A stretch of DNA of 64,000 bases from Bacteroidales bacterium (GTDB lineage Bacteria > Bacteroidota > Bacteroidia > Bacteroidales > UBA1715). Positions 48,511-58,884 of the stretch are shown here, one piece after another. The notes beneath the pieces were generated by a model. That model ran no database searches, was not told where the DNA came from, and saw only the letters and a program-made list of their open reading frames with translations. The stretch lies in NCBI GenBank assembly GCA_024402335.1, contig JAKSTZ010000008.1, positions 565 through 64,564 on the forward strand, written 5' to 3'. Numbering within the stretch: position 1 is the first letter of the stretch; each line of letters starts with the position of its first letter. The translations under genes were made by a program, and so were the position numbers.

Positions 48511-48718
48511 TTAACATTCATAGCAAATAACCTACTTTTTTAGGTATTTTTTGGTCTAAGCAGGTAGTTTTTTTTCAACATTTTGTTGTTAATAAATCAT
48601 ATCTTCGGTAAAAGTTTGAAAATTAAACCATAAGCACGTTCACTTATGCAGGTACACATATTTATATAGGTACGTTTCGTCTTTTTTATGTACATTTACA
48701 CACTATATTTACGAAACA

Positions 48719-51283
48719 ATGAAATATTCACATAAATTAACTGAAATTTTACGAAACAGCAGAGAGGAAGCAATCCGTTTAGGAAATGAATTTCTAAACA
48801 TAGACCATTTCTTTCTTGCTTTAATTCGCGAAAATCAGTGTTTAGCGACGGACATCTTAACAAAGTTAAACGCCAACCTTGCAGAAATCAAGAAATTTCT
48901 CGAACAGGAATACATGCAAGCTGAGCCCTTAGATCCAGAAAAGAATGCACAAATTCCTATTCAATCCGAAGCACACAACCTCCTAAACATAGCACAATTC
49001 GAGGCTGTAAACATGCTTGCGGCAGAAACAGACGTAGAGCATCTTGTCTTAGCTATACTACGAAATGAATCTGCACAATGTCGAAAATTACTAAACCAGC
49101 AAGGAATTACGTATAATATCTACAAAAAGGCATTGGAAGACAACAAAAGAGACAACGAAAATAGTCCTTCGAAAACAGAAGATTTACATGACGATTTTTC
49201 TGACCTTTCAAACATAGAGAACTCAACAGAATCCGACCAACCAATGTCTGAAAAGTACGAGCCTCGCTATCCACAACATCCTTCGCATTCAAACAAAACT
49301 ACAAGTTCTCCAAGTTCAACACCGATTTTGGACAAGTTCGGAAACGATCTTACAAAATCGGCACGAGAAGGTAAACTTGATTGCATCGAAGGACGCGACA
49401 ACGAGATTGAACGTATCGCTCAAATCCTAAGCAGACGTAAAAAAAACAACCCTATCCTCATTGGAGAACCTGGCGTTGGAAAGTCTGCCATTGTCGAAGG
49501 TTTGGCATTAAAAATCGCAAACCACGAGGTATCACGTACATTACACGACAAACGTGTTGTGACAATAGACATGGCATCTATGGTTGCCGGCACAAAATAT
49601 AGAGGACAATTCGAAGAGCGTTTGAAAGCATTAATACAAGAACTTTCCAATGCAAAAGACGTCATTCTTTTCATAGACGAAATCCACACTATTGTTGGAG
49701 CTGGCGGTTCTTCCGGATCACTTGATGCAGCAAATATATTGAAACCAGCCCTTGCACGTGGAGAATTACAATGTATAGGTGCGACTACACTCGATGAGTA
49801 CAGAGAAAATATAGAAAAAGACGGAGCTTTGGAAAGACGTTTCCAAAAAGTCTTGGTTGAACAACCAACGGTTGAGGAATCTATCAATATTTTGAATAAA
49901 ATCAAAAAACACTACGAAGATTTCCACAATGTACGCTACACAGAAAAAGCAATACAAGCTTGTGTTCAACTTACTCAACGATACATCTCAGACAGATGTC
50001 TTCCCGACAAAGCAATCGACGCCATGGACGAAGCTGGATCACGAATGCACATACAAAACATCGTGGCTCCGCAAGAAATCGTTGCAATGGAGCAAGAGAT
50101 AGAAAAAATCAAAGAAGAAACAGCCGAAGCTGTAAAAAGACAAGAATACGAGCATGCTGCAGAACTTCGTGACCGCAGAAACAAACTAAAGCTACGTATT
50201 GAACAAGCGCAAAACGAATGGCAACGTTCGTTAGAAGAAAACCGCTACCCTGTTACAGAAGATACTATAGCCGAAGTTGTAGCAATGATGACTGGCGTAC
50301 CGGTTAAACGTATAGCGCAAGAAGAAGGCTCTCGCCTATTACAAATGTACCAAGAATTGAAAGGTTCTGTAATAGGCCAAGACGATGCAATTAAACAAGT
50401 TGTAAAAGCAATACAACGTAACCGTGCCGGATTAAAAGACCCTAACAAACCGATAGGTTCATTCATATTCCTTGGTCCTACCGGCGTCGGTAAAACAGAA
50501 TTGGCGAAAGTTTTGGCTGAATACCTATTTGATTCCCGTGACGCACTTATACGCATAGACATGAGCGAATATATGGAGAAATTCTCCGTATCACGTCTTG
50601 TCGGAGCGCCTCCGGGATATGTCGGCTACGACGAAGGTGGCCAACTTACCGAAAAAGTACGTCGGAAACCATATTCTGTCGTATTACTTGACGAAATAGA
50701 AAAAGCACATCCAGATGTGTTTAATATCCTATTGCAAATGTTGGACGAAGGACATCTTACCGACAGTTTCGGAAGAAAAGTAAACTTCAAAAATACCATT
50801 ATAATAATGACTTCGAATGTCGGAAGCCGTTCATTAACACAATTTGGTACCAACGTCGGATTTAGCGCAAAATCAAAAGAAGAAGTAGCATCTGAATACG
50901 CAAAAGAAACTATAGATAAGGAATTGAAGAAAACATTCTCTCCTGAATTCCTAAACCGTATCGACGACATTATTCAATTCAACGTTTTGAATAAGGAAAA
51001 TATCAAAGAAATCATCAACATTATGTTGAAAGATATTTTCAAGAGAACGAAAGAATTGAACATACAACTAATTCTTACTGATTCACTTAAGGATTTTATT
51101 GTAGAAAAAGGATACGACCAACGAAACGGTGCCCGTCCATTAAAACGAGCTATACAGAAATATGTAGAAGACCCATTGTCTGAATACATACTTGCACATA
51201 CAGTAAATACAAATTCAACAATAGAACTAACCGTTGCCAACAACGAAGTATCAATACATGTATTAGAACAAAATGAGCAGTAA
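48719..51283 (+). CDS. clpC: ATP-dependent Clp protease ATP-binding subunit, ClpC type
   Basis: 854 aa with Clp_N repeats. Walker A motifs are GEPGVGKSA and GPTGVGKTE. The UVR-like linker is EYEHAAELRDRRNKL and the ClpP-docking loop is NVGFS. Confidence 0.9.
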   Translation: MKYSHKLTEILRNSREEAIRLGNEFLNIDHFFLALIRENQCLATDILTKLNANLAEIKKFLEQEYMQAEPLDPEKNAQIPIQSEAHNLLNIAQFEAVNMLAAETDVEHLVLAILRNESAQCRKLLNQQGITYNIYKKALEDNKRDNENSPSKTEDLHDDFSDLSNIENSTESDQPMSEKYEPRYPQHPSHSNKTTSSPSSTPILDKFGNDLTKSAREGKLDCIEGRDNEIERIAQILSRRKKNNPILIGEPGVGKSAIVEGLALKIANHEVSRTLHDKRVVTIDMASMVAGTKYRGQFEERLKALIQELSNAKDVILFIDEIHTIVGAGGSSGSLDAANILKPALARGELQCIGATTLDEYRENIEKDGALERRFQKVLVEQPTVEESINILNKIKKHYEDFHNVRYTEKAIQACVQLTQRYISDRCLPDKAIDAMDEAGSRMHIQNIVAPQEIVAMEQEIEKIKEETAEAVKRQEYEHAAELRDRRNKLKLRIEQAQNEWQRSLEENRYPVTEDTIAEVVAMMTGVPVKRIAQEEGSRLLQMYQELKGSVIGQDDAIKQVVKAIQRNRAGLKDPNKPIGSFIFLGPTGVGKTELAKVLAEYLFDSRDALIRIDMSEYMEKFSVSRLVGAPPGYVGYDEGGQLTEKVRRKPYSVVLLDEIEKAHPDVFNILLQMLDEGHLTDSFGRKVNFKNTIIIMTSNVGSRSLTQFGTNVGFSAKSKEEVASEYAKETIDKELKKTFSPEFLNRIDDIIQFNVLNKENIKEIINIMLKDIFKRTKELNIQLILTDSLKDFIVEKGYDQRNGARPLKRAIQKYVEDPLSEYILAHTVNTNSTIELTVANNEVSIHVLEQNEQ

Positions 51284-53621
51284 AATTTGCAACATAGCAT
51301 CAGAAATACATTTATCGACAACCGAAACGATTGTTTATTTGCAAGACTATATCCTTGACACAAGACATATTACCAACATTGTCACTCCACAAGGATTTGA
51401 AGTATGGGAGAACAAGGCGCAAGCAAAAGTCAAACTTATAATTGACGATGCTGATGCAATTCCTACCGTTTCTACATTAGACATATATTTCTCAGACAAA
51501 ACAAAAGAATCCATAATTCTTCTCAAGTCAAAGAAAGTAAAACATACTGTTCGATTCTATCCGCAATCTTACGTTTCGTCCGTACAAATTGCAGGGGATT
51601 TTAATAGTTGGAATCCACAAGGATACAACTTCGAATATAAAGACAATTGCTGGCAATACACACTCGAAATAGAACCCGGAAACTACTCCTACCAACTCAT
51701 AGTTGATGGCAACTGGATTAACGATCCAATTAATAGCGAAGTGCTAGAAAATGGTTACGGAGGATACAATTCGCTACTAAGAGTACCGTTTGCCGATAAT
51801 TCGAATATGCGATTGGAGACAGTACAATTATATGAAAACAAAATAGTTATTGCTGCTCCTACAAAAATCACCGACTATGTCGCAATGTGGCAAAACTGCT
51901 GTATTAACGATGACGCCACATTTCGTCAAAACGATAGATTGATTATCACAATTCCTAACGAAGCAAAGAATATTAAACGTAGTTATATTCGAGTTTATGG
52001 CTACAACAAGACATTTGCGACGAATGATTTACTTATACCATTAGAATATGGTAAAGTAGTTACAACGACCAACGAAATTGACAGAGACGACAAAGAAGCA
52101 CAAATAATTTATTTTGCACTTATCGACCGATTCTGTAATGGAAATCCACATATCGACAAATCAATACAATCCGACCAAGTTCACGCCAAAGTAAACTTCT
52201 ACGGCGGAGATTTGGAAGGTATCGCAAAGAAAATTGAAGATGGTTATTTCGATCAATTAGGAATAAATACTATCTGGATTTCTCCTGTGGTTAAAAATCC
52301 TGATCATCCTATTGAAAAGAATGGCAGAAAATCAGCAGCCTATCACGGATACTGGCCATTAAACTCAAACAAAATTGACGAGCATTTTGGTACCGCAAAA
52401 GATCTGCATAGTTTAGTAGAAAAAGCACATAAACATAACATTAACATATTGTTAGACTATGTTGCAAATCATGTTTACAAAGAAAATCCTATCATTACCG
52501 AACATCCAGATTGGTGTACACCACTCTATCTTCCTGATGGCTCAAAAAACATCGGACGTTGGGAAGACCAACGATTCTCAACCTGGTTCGAAGAATTCCT
52601 TCCTACCTTAGATTTCAGCAAAAAAGAAATAGTTGAGAAAATGACAGACATTGCCGTATCGTGGATAGAAACATACGATTTAGACGGTTTCAGACACGAT
52701 GCTTGTAAACATATACAAACAGAATTTTGGCGTACACTGACAAAAAAATTAAAAGAAAGAGTTGCTATTCCACAAAACAAGCGATTATTCCAAATAGGAG
52801 AAACATTTGGCGGCAGAGAAATGCTTCAAAGCTACGTAAGCTCCGGCATACACGATTCCCAATTCTCTTTTAATCTATATTACGAAACCCGCTCTGCATT
52901 TTTATACGAAGAAGTACATTTTGAAAAACTTTGTATATGCCTACGACAAGAATTGGAATTCTTTGGTTCCCACCACTTAATGGGAAACATTTCAGGAAAC
53001 CACGACTTGCCACGATTCATTTCGTATGCCGGCGAAGATTTATGGACAAATCAAAATGCAGAATACGAAGGTTGGAATAGATACATTACCGTTAAAAATC
53101 CTATCGGATATAAAAAACTAGCAATGTTGTTGGCTTTCAACACAACTATTCCCGGCATTCCTGTAATCTATTACGGTGACGAAATAGGCATTCCCGGCGG
53201 CGGAGACCCAGACAACCGTCGTCCGATGTATTTTACAGGACTTTCGGAGCACGAAAGCGAAAACTTAGCAATCACGCAGAAATTAGGTCAATTACGTTCT
53301 TCTTTCCTACCTTTAATTTATGGCGATTTCTCGTTTATAACCATAGAAAAACAGATACTCGTATATAAACGAAAATATTTTGATGAATTTGCATACATCT
53401 GTTTCAACAAATCAAAAGAGACCCAAACGATAAAAGTAGAACTTGCCGAACCGGTTGACTACTGCGAGTTACTTTCTTTCTCACAATGTAAATACTATAT
53501 TCGAAATCTGGAATTATACATAGAAGTTCCACCTATGAGTTTTGAGATAATCTACCGTAAATTGCCGGTAAAACAAGAGCATGATGAAGAAATGGAACAA
53601 TACAAGAATTTCTTTCATTAG
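51273..53621 (+). CDS. GH13 alpha-amylase-family glycoside hydrolase with N-terminal CBM48/E-set domain, no signal peptide
   Basis: 782 aa. GH13 regions are I LDYVANHV, II GFRHDACKH, III QIGETFG and IV GNHDLPR. The CBM48-like segment is VQIAGDFNSWN. The start overlaps clpC by 11 nt. Confidence 0.88.
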   Translation: MSSKICNIASEIHLSTTETIVYLQDYILDTRHITNIVTPQGFEVWENKAQAKVKLIIDDADAIPTVSTLDIYFSDKTKESIILLKSKKVKHTVRFYPQSYVSSVQIAGDFNSWNPQGYNFEYKDNCWQYTLEIEPGNYSYQLIVDGNWINDPINSEVLENGYGGYNSLLRVPFADNSNMRLETVQLYENKIVIAAPTKITDYVAMWQNCCINDDATFRQNDRLIITIPNEAKNIKRSYIRVYGYNKTFATNDLLIPLEYGKVVTTTNEIDRDDKEAQIIYFALIDRFCNGNPHIDKSIQSDQVHAKVNFYGGDLEGIAKKIEDGYFDQLGINTIWISPVVKNPDHPIEKNGRKSAAYHGYWPLNSNKIDEHFGTAKDLHSLVEKAHKHNINILLDYVANHVYKENPIITEHPDWCTPLYLPDGSKNIGRWEDQRFSTWFEEFLPTLDFSKKEIVEKMTDIAVSWIETYDLDGFRHDACKHIQTEFWRTLTKKLKERVAIPQNKRLFQIGETFGGREMLQSYVSSGIHDSQFSFNLYYETRSAFLYEEVHFEKLCICLRQELEFFGSHHLMGNISGNHDLPRFISYAGEDLWTNQNAEYEGWNRYITVKNPIGYKKLAMLLAFNTTIPGIPVIYYGDEIGIPGGGDPDNRRPMYFTGLSEHESENLAITQKLGQLRSSFLPLIYGDFSFITIEKQILVYKRKYFDEFAYICFNKSKETQTIKVELAEPVDYCELLSFSQCKYYIRNLELYIEVPPMSFEIIYRKLPVKQEHDEEMEQYKNFFH

Positions 53622-53661
53622 ACGAATATAAATTAAGTATTTTTTTTACCTTTGTCATGTT

Positions 53662-54768
53662 ATGGAACAATTTCTAGTCTCAGCACGAAAATATAGACCT
53701 GCAACATTCGCAACCGTAGTCGGACAAGAATCTATTACCAAGACTCTTAAAAACTCTATTGCGACGAAACATCTTGGACAAGCATACTTATTCTGCGGTC
53801 CTCGTGGTGTTGGCAAAACAACTTGCGCCCGTATTTTCGCTAAAACTATCAATTGTACCAATTTAACCCCAGACGGTGAAGCTTGTAACGAGTGTAATTC
53901 GTGCAAATCTTTCAACGAAAGCGCCTCGCTAAACATCACAGAACTTGATGCTGCATCAAACAACTCGGTTGATGATATTCGTTCCCTTATCGACAGTGTA
54001 CGAATTCCACCTCAAAGTGGAGATTATAGCGTATATATCATTGACGAGGTCCACATGCTTTCGGCACAAGCCTTCAACGCCTTTCTAAAGACATTGGAAG
54101 AACCACCTCGTTATGCTATTTTCATATTAGCAACGACAGAAAAACATAAGATTCTTCCTACTATCCTTTCACGTTGTCAAATATTTGATTTCAACCGTAT
54201 AAAGGTTACAGACATAGCTAATCATCTTGCTAACGTTGCCCAAAAAGAAGGCATAACAATAGATGCAGACGCGGTTGGTACTATAGCTGAAAAAGCAAAC
54301 GGCGGATTACGTGACGCTCTATCTATTTTTGACCAAATTGTAAGTTTTTCAGGAACAAATATTACCTATCAAAATGTCATTGATAATCTAAACCTATTAG
54401 ATTATGAATATTTCTTCAAAATGACGGATTATTTTCTAACAAGTGATTATGTTTCTGCACTTCTTGCTTTTGACCAAATACTAAACAAAGGATTTGACGA
54501 ACGAAATTTCCTTGTTGGACTATGCTCACACTTCCGAGATTTATTAGTAAGCAAAGATCCTAATACCATACAATTGCTCGAAGTAAGCGAAAAGGCAAAA
54601 CAAAGATATTCCGAACAAGCAGCAAAATGTCAGGTTCAATTCTTATTTGCAGCACTTGATTTAGCAAATAAGTTTGAAGAAAAATACAAAGAAAGTAACA
54701 ACAAACGCCTTCATGTAGAATTGGCATTATTACAACTTTGTAATATATTAAAAAAAAAACTAGCGTAG
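53662..54768 (+). CDS. dnaX: DNA polymerase III subunit gamma/tau, frame-0 product (clamp-loader core only)
   Basis: 368 aa. Walker A is GPRGVGKTT, the zinc module is CNECNSCKSF, Walker B is IIDEVHMLS and the SRC motif is SRCQIFDF. It terminates as KKKLA*, two codons after an A10 run. Confidence 0.93.
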   Translation: MEQFLVSARKYRPATFATVVGQESITKTLKNSIATKHLGQAYLFCGPRGVGKTTCARIFAKTINCTNLTPDGEACNECNSCKSFNESASLNITELDAASNNSVDDIRSLIDSVRIPPQSGDYSVYIIDEVHMLSAQAFNAFLKTLEEPPRYAIFILATTEKHKILPTILSRCQIFDFNRIKVTDIANHLANVAQKEGITIDADAVGTIAEKANGGLRDALSIFDQIVSFSGTNITYQNVIDNLNLLDYEYFFKMTDYFLTSDYVSALLAFDQILNKGFDERNFLVGLCSHFRDLLVSKDPNTIQLLEVSEKAKQRYSEQAAKCQVQFLFAALDLANKFEEKYKESNNKRLHVELALLQLCNILKKKLA

Positions 54769-55052
54769 CCAACGAAACGCCTCAACAAGCAAGCGCCCCA
54801 AAAGTTGAAGAAAAAAAATATGTTTCTAAAAGTACTGCTACAGTAAAAGTAACTCAAACTCAATACGTTTTCAATACACAGAAGAAACAAGCTGAGGAAA
54901 AACCGAACACGTCTTTTGCTCATACTGAATTAACAAAAATTCCAGAAACAAAGATTACAGAGACAAACGAGCCTAGTAAATTCGATACTTTTGTCGAAAA
55001 AAATGCATTTGTCAAACAATTAAAAGACAAATTCAATTTTAATCCAATGTAA
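54750..55052 (+). CDS. dnaX: dnaX -1 frame extension (tau-like C-terminal segment; no start codon of its own)
   Basis: I translated codon by codon from the A10 run. The -1 frame has 100 sense codons with no stop and ends ...KFDTFVEKNAFVKQLKDKFNFNPM*. The TAA is at 55050-55052, 1 nt before the ispE ATG. Confidence 0.55.
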   Translation, partial: KKKTSVANETPQQASAPKVEEKKYVSKSTATVKVTQTQYVFNTQKKQAEEKPNTSFAHTELTKIPETKITETNEPSKFDTFVEKNAFVKQLKDKFNFNPM

Positions 55053-55053
55053 T

Positions 55054-55857
55054 ATGATAGTTTTTCCTAATGCAAAAATTAACATAGGTCTCTATATCAC
55101 AGAAAAAAGACCTGACGGATTCCACGAGATTGAAACGGTATTCTATCCTGTCCATGGTTTTGCCGATTGTTTAGAGTTTTTTGAATCAAAAGAACTCACA
55201 TTTGAAAACTTAGGAATACAAATAGACGCACCTGTAGAAAAGAATCTATGTATAAAAGCATGGAACATTTTCAAAAAATACTACGACATTCCCCCTATCC
55301 ACATGGTACTTTACAAAAACATACCATTCGGAGGAGGATTAGGCGGAGGTTCAGCAGACGCATCTTTCTTACTATCAGCAATTAACGAACATTTCAACAT
55401 TGGCGTTCCTACCGAAGAATTAGAAAAAATGGCGTTAGAAATTGGTAGCGATTGTCCATTTTTTATAAACAACAAACCAATATTCGCGCAAGGCAGAGGC
55501 GAAATTTTCTCACCTATTTCAATGTCACTGGCTAACTATTGGATAGTATTAGTAAAACCAGACGTAGCTGTAGGAACAGCAGAAGCATACCGTGGTGTTA
55601 CACCATACAAAAGACAACAAAAACTTGCAGATGTAATACCGACAAACATTGCAGATTGGAAAGGCATAGTAGTAAACGACTTTGAACAATCTATTTTCAA
55701 ATCCCATCCTGAAATTGAAGCAGCAAAAAACAAATTATATGAAGCAGGAGCCGTTTACGCTTCCATGAGTGGTAGCGGTGCAACGGTTTACGGCTTATTC
55801 GAAAAAGAAACAAAAATTTCAAACATGCCTGTTGTTTGGCAGGGATATTTACAATAA
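55054..55857 (+). CDS. ispE: 4-(cytidine 5'-diphospho)-2-C-methyl-D-erythritol kinase
   Basis: 267 aa. The GHMP kinase motif is PFGGGLGGGSADAS and the N-terminus is FPNAKINIGLYI. Confidence 0.92.
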   Translation: MIVFPNAKINIGLYITEKRPDGFHEIETVFYPVHGFADCLEFFESKELTFENLGIQIDAPVEKNLCIKAWNIFKKYYDIPPIHMVLYKNIPFGGGLGGGSADASFLLSAINEHFNIGVPTEELEKMALEIGSDCPFFINNKPIFAQGRGEIFSPISMSLANYWIVLVKPDVAVGTAEAYRGVTPYKRQQKLADVIPTNIADWKGIVVNDFEQSIFKSHPEIEAAKNKLYEAGAVYASMSGSGATVYGLFEKETKISNMPVVWQGYLQ

Positions 55858-55868
55858 ACATTAAGATT

Positions 55869-56582
55869 ATGAAAAAATTAACAACTATCGTAGCGGCTAC
55901 ATTACTTTCGGCCAGCACATTTGCACAAACATTACAAACAGAAAAAGATAGCGCTTCCTATGCAATGGGAATATACCAAGCTTTAAGCACAGACAAAGAA
56001 ATCAGTGAATATGTTTCCATTGAACTATTTGCCCAAGGTTTTTATGACGTTATATTCAAAAAAGGAAACACACTAATTGCCGAAGAAAAAGTAAATGAGA
56101 TTCTTCAAAATTATTTCCAAAAATTGAGCAATAAAGAACAAGAAGAAAAACAAGAGTTGTGTTTAGCAAACCAAGATTTCTTGTTAAAAAACAAGGAAAA
56201 CAAAGATGTCATTACAACAGAAAGCGGTTTACAATATAAAATTATCACAAAAGGAACCGGAGCAAAACCAACAGCAGCAGACACAGTAACCGTACATTAC
56301 AAAGGTACGTTGATAGACGGAACTGTTTTCGATTCTTCTATAGATCGAGGCACTCCTACTACATTCCCTGTCATGGCAGTAATTCCAGGTTTTTCCGAAG
56401 CATTACAACTAATGAACATTGGTTCTAAATACATCATATATATTCCTTCGGAACTCGGCTACGGAATGATGGATATGGGCGTGATTAAACCATGCTCTAC
56501 TCTCATTTTCGAGTTAGAATTATTGGCAATAAACAACGACTCTAAAGCAACAGGAAACACTAAAAAGAGTAAGAAAAAGTAA
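55869..56582 (+). CDS. FKBP-type peptidyl-prolyl cis-trans isomerase (FkpA/Mip-like, secreted)
   Basis: The start was taken at MKKLTTIVAATLLSASTFAQ (signal peptide). The FKBP core is GLQYKIITKGTG...VTVHYKGTLIDGTVFDSS...IPSELGYG. Confidence 0.9.
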   Translation: MKKLTTIVAATLLSASTFAQTLQTEKDSASYAMGIYQALSTDKEISEYVSIELFAQGFYDVIFKKGNTLIAEEKVNEILQNYFQKLSNKEQEEKQELCLANQDFLLKNKENKDVITTESGLQYKIITKGTGAKPTAADTVTVHYKGTLIDGTVFDSSIDRGTPTTFPVMAVIPGFSEALQLMNIGSKYIIYIPSELGYGMMDMGVIKPCSTLIFELELLAINNDSKATGNTKKSKKK

Positions 56583-56600
56583 TAGAATTTTTAGATAAAC

Positions 56601-56637
56601 AAAAAGCCAGAAACGCAATTGCATTTCTGGCTTTTTT
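56601..56637. terminator. Bidirectional rho-independent terminator between the FKBP gene and der
   Basis: The sequence aaaaaGCCAGAAAcgcaattgcaTTTCTGGCtttttt has an 8-bp GC-containing stem with an A-run on one side and a T-run on the other. Confidence 0.8.
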
Positions 56638-56656
56638 ATTTATAAGATACGACCAA

Positions 56657-57970
56657 CTATTTATCGCGTACGTACACACGCATAGTGGAACCATTAAAGT
56701 CAAAATTCTTACGTAATTGATTTTCCAAATAACGTTTGTATGAATCCTTCACATATTTTGCATTACTTGCAAAGAACACAAATGCAGGATATGGAGTTGG
56801 CAATTGAGTAACATATTTAATCTTAATATTTTTACCCTTCACAGCAGGAGGAGAAAATCTATCAATTGCCTCAAGCATAACTTCATTCAAACGAGACGTT
56901 GGAATACGACGTTTTCTATTTTCATATACTTCACGGATTTTTTCCAATATCTTTTGAATTCTCTGTTTTTCAAGAACCGAAGTAAAAATAATTGGCACAT
57001 CGGTAAACGGCGCTATTTTTTTTCGCAATTGTTCCTCAAAATCTCTAGCTGTATTCGAAGTCTTTTCTATCAAATCCCATTTGTTTACACAAATAACGAC
57101 ACCTTTATTATTTTTCACAATCAAGTGAAGGATGTTCATATCCTGCGATTCAATGCCGTCAACCGCATCAATCATAAGTACACAAACATCTGCAGCCTCC
57201 AAAGAACGAATCGAACGCAACACAGAATAGAATTCCAAGTCTTCCGTAACTTTTTCTTTCTTACGAAGACCTGCAGTATCTATAAAATAATAATCGTATC
57301 CAAATTTATTGAAACGGGTTTCTATAGAATCCCTTGTCGTTCCCGCAATTGGAGTTACAATGTGTTGATCCTCACCAATCAAAGCATTTATAAACGAAGA
57401 TTTACCAACATTTGGACGACCAACTACAGCAACATGAGGGATCTCTTCTTCTTGTTCTACTTCTTTCTTAACTTCTGCCGGTAATTTTGCAATAACAGCA
57501 TCCAACAAGTCACCTGTACCACTACCATTTGCAGATGAAATAGTGAAATAGTCGCCTAAACCCAATGAGTAAAACTCAGTTGCATCATACAAATATTTAC
57601 CGTCGTCAACTTTATTTACAACCAAGAAATAAGGTTTATTAGTACGTCTAAGCATTTCTGCCACATTGGAATCCAAATCGGTGATACCAGTTTTAACGTC
57701 TACCATAAAGATGATTACGTCAGCTTCATTCATAGCAAGAACAACTTGTTTACGAATAGCTTCCTCAAAAACATCATCGGATTTCACAGTGACACCACCA
57801 GTATCAATAACTTTAAATTCTCTTCCATTCCAAACGCCCTCACCATAGTTACGATCACGAGTAACACCACTTTGTGAATCTATAATGGCTTGTTTACCTT
57901 CTATTAGTCTATTGAAAAGGGTTGATTTACCAACATTTGGTCTTCCTACTATCGCGATTACTCCACTCAT
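56657..57970 (-). CDS. der: Ribosome-associated GTPase Der (EngA)
   Basis: Two G domains are present ([14 protein letters not shown] and [14 protein letters not shown]) plus a KH-like C-terminus. The start was taken at MSGVIAIVG; the ORF track extends 15 codons upstream, to 58015. Confidence 0.93.
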   Translation of the reverse strand: MSGVIAIVGRPNVGKSTLFNRLIEGKQAIIDSQSGVTRDRNYGEGVWNGREFKVIDTGGVTVKSDDVFEEAIRKQVVLAMNEADVIIFMVDVKTGITDLDSNVAEMLRRTNKPYFLVVNKVDDGKYLYDATEFYSLGLGDYFTISSANGSGTGDLLDAVIAKLPAEVKKEVEQEEEIPHVAVVGRPNVGKSSFINALIGEDQHIVTPIAGTTRDSIETRFNKFGYDYYFIDTAGLRKKEKVTEDLEFYSVLRSIRSLEAADVCVLMIDAVDGIESQDMNILHLIVKNNKGVVICVNKWDLIEKTSNTARDFEEQLRKKIAPFTDVPIIFTSVLEKQRIQKILEKIREVYENRKRRIPTSRLNEVMLEAIDRFSPPAVKGKNIKIKYVTQLPTPYPAFVFFASNAKYVKDSYKRYLENQLRKNFDFNGSTMRVYVRDK

Positions 57971-58112
57971 AGATAAAAAATTTAGGCAAAGATAATGAAA
58001 ATCCCCGAACGACACGAAACAAAATATTCGTACATATTTTTGTTTATGCAGAACATCTATCCCTATATTGATGTTCTTTCAAAAAAATCATACCTTAGCA
58101 AAAATTTTAACA

Positions 58113-58883
58113 ATGGACAAAAAACCTATCATTCTTGTCACCAACGACGATGGTATTGAAGCGCAAGGCATACAATTCCTTACTTCCGTTATGGAACAAT
58201 TTGGCGAAGTCTATGTTGTTGCACCCCAACAACATCAATCAGGAATGTCGCACGCAATAACAATACAAGTGCCACTTCGTTTACGTAAACATACAGAAAC
58301 AGAAAATCTACATATTTATTCCGTAAGCGGAACTCCCGTTGATTGTGTAAAATTCGCCATGGACAGAATTTTGCCCAACCACAAGGCTGATTTAATCGTT
58401 TCCGGCATTAATCACGGCTCAAACTCAGCCAATAGCGCAATTTATTCAGGTACAGTTGCTTGCGTACGCGAAGGAGCAATTAACAATATACCTTCAATAG
58501 CATTCTCAAGTTTAGATTATGCACCGGTAGTAAACTTCACACCATACAAAAGTTACATAGAAAAAATTGTAAAAACAGTTTTACAACAAGGTCTCGAAAA
58601 GCATGTATTTTTAAACGTAAACTTCCCAAGACCAGAGAATCCAATCAAGGGAATGAAAGTTTGTAAACAAGCCGACGGCATGTGGGTGGAACGATTTGCA
58701 GAAAACAAAGATCCACTAGGAAGAACATACTTTTGGTTAACTGGAGGATTTGAAAACGAAGAAAAAGAAAACAGCGAGACAGACGAATGGTGTTTAGACC
58801 ACAACATTATTTCTATCGTTCCGTTAAAAGTAGAATCAACTGATTTTCAGGCAATAAACGCATTACAATCTTTAAACGAATAA
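58113..58883 (+). CDS. surE: 5'/3'-nucleotidase SurE
   Basis: The start was taken at MDKKPIILVTNDDGIEAQGI (SurE N-terminal DD motif). GINHGSN is also present. Confidence 0.92.
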   Translation: MDKKPIILVTNDDGIEAQGIQFLTSVMEQFGEVYVVAPQQHQSGMSHAITIQVPLRLRKHTETENLHIYSVSGTPVDCVKFAMDRILPNHKADLIVSGINHGSNSANSAIYSGTVACVREGAINNIPSIAFSSLDYAPVVNFTPYKSYIEKIVKTVLQQGLEKHVFLNVNFPRPENPIKGMKVCKQADGMWVERFAENKDPLGRTYFWLTGGFENEEKENSETDEWCLDHNIISIVPLKVESTDFQAINALQSLNE

Positions 58884-58884
58884 T

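Noticed and set aside
51273-51283. The 11-nt overlap between clpC and the GH13 gene, considered as a sign of a functional chaperone-glycosidase unit.
   Set aside because: Short overlaps are common in this compact genome. There is no in-frame alternative start to test against, and no known functional link. I treat it as simple operon packing.
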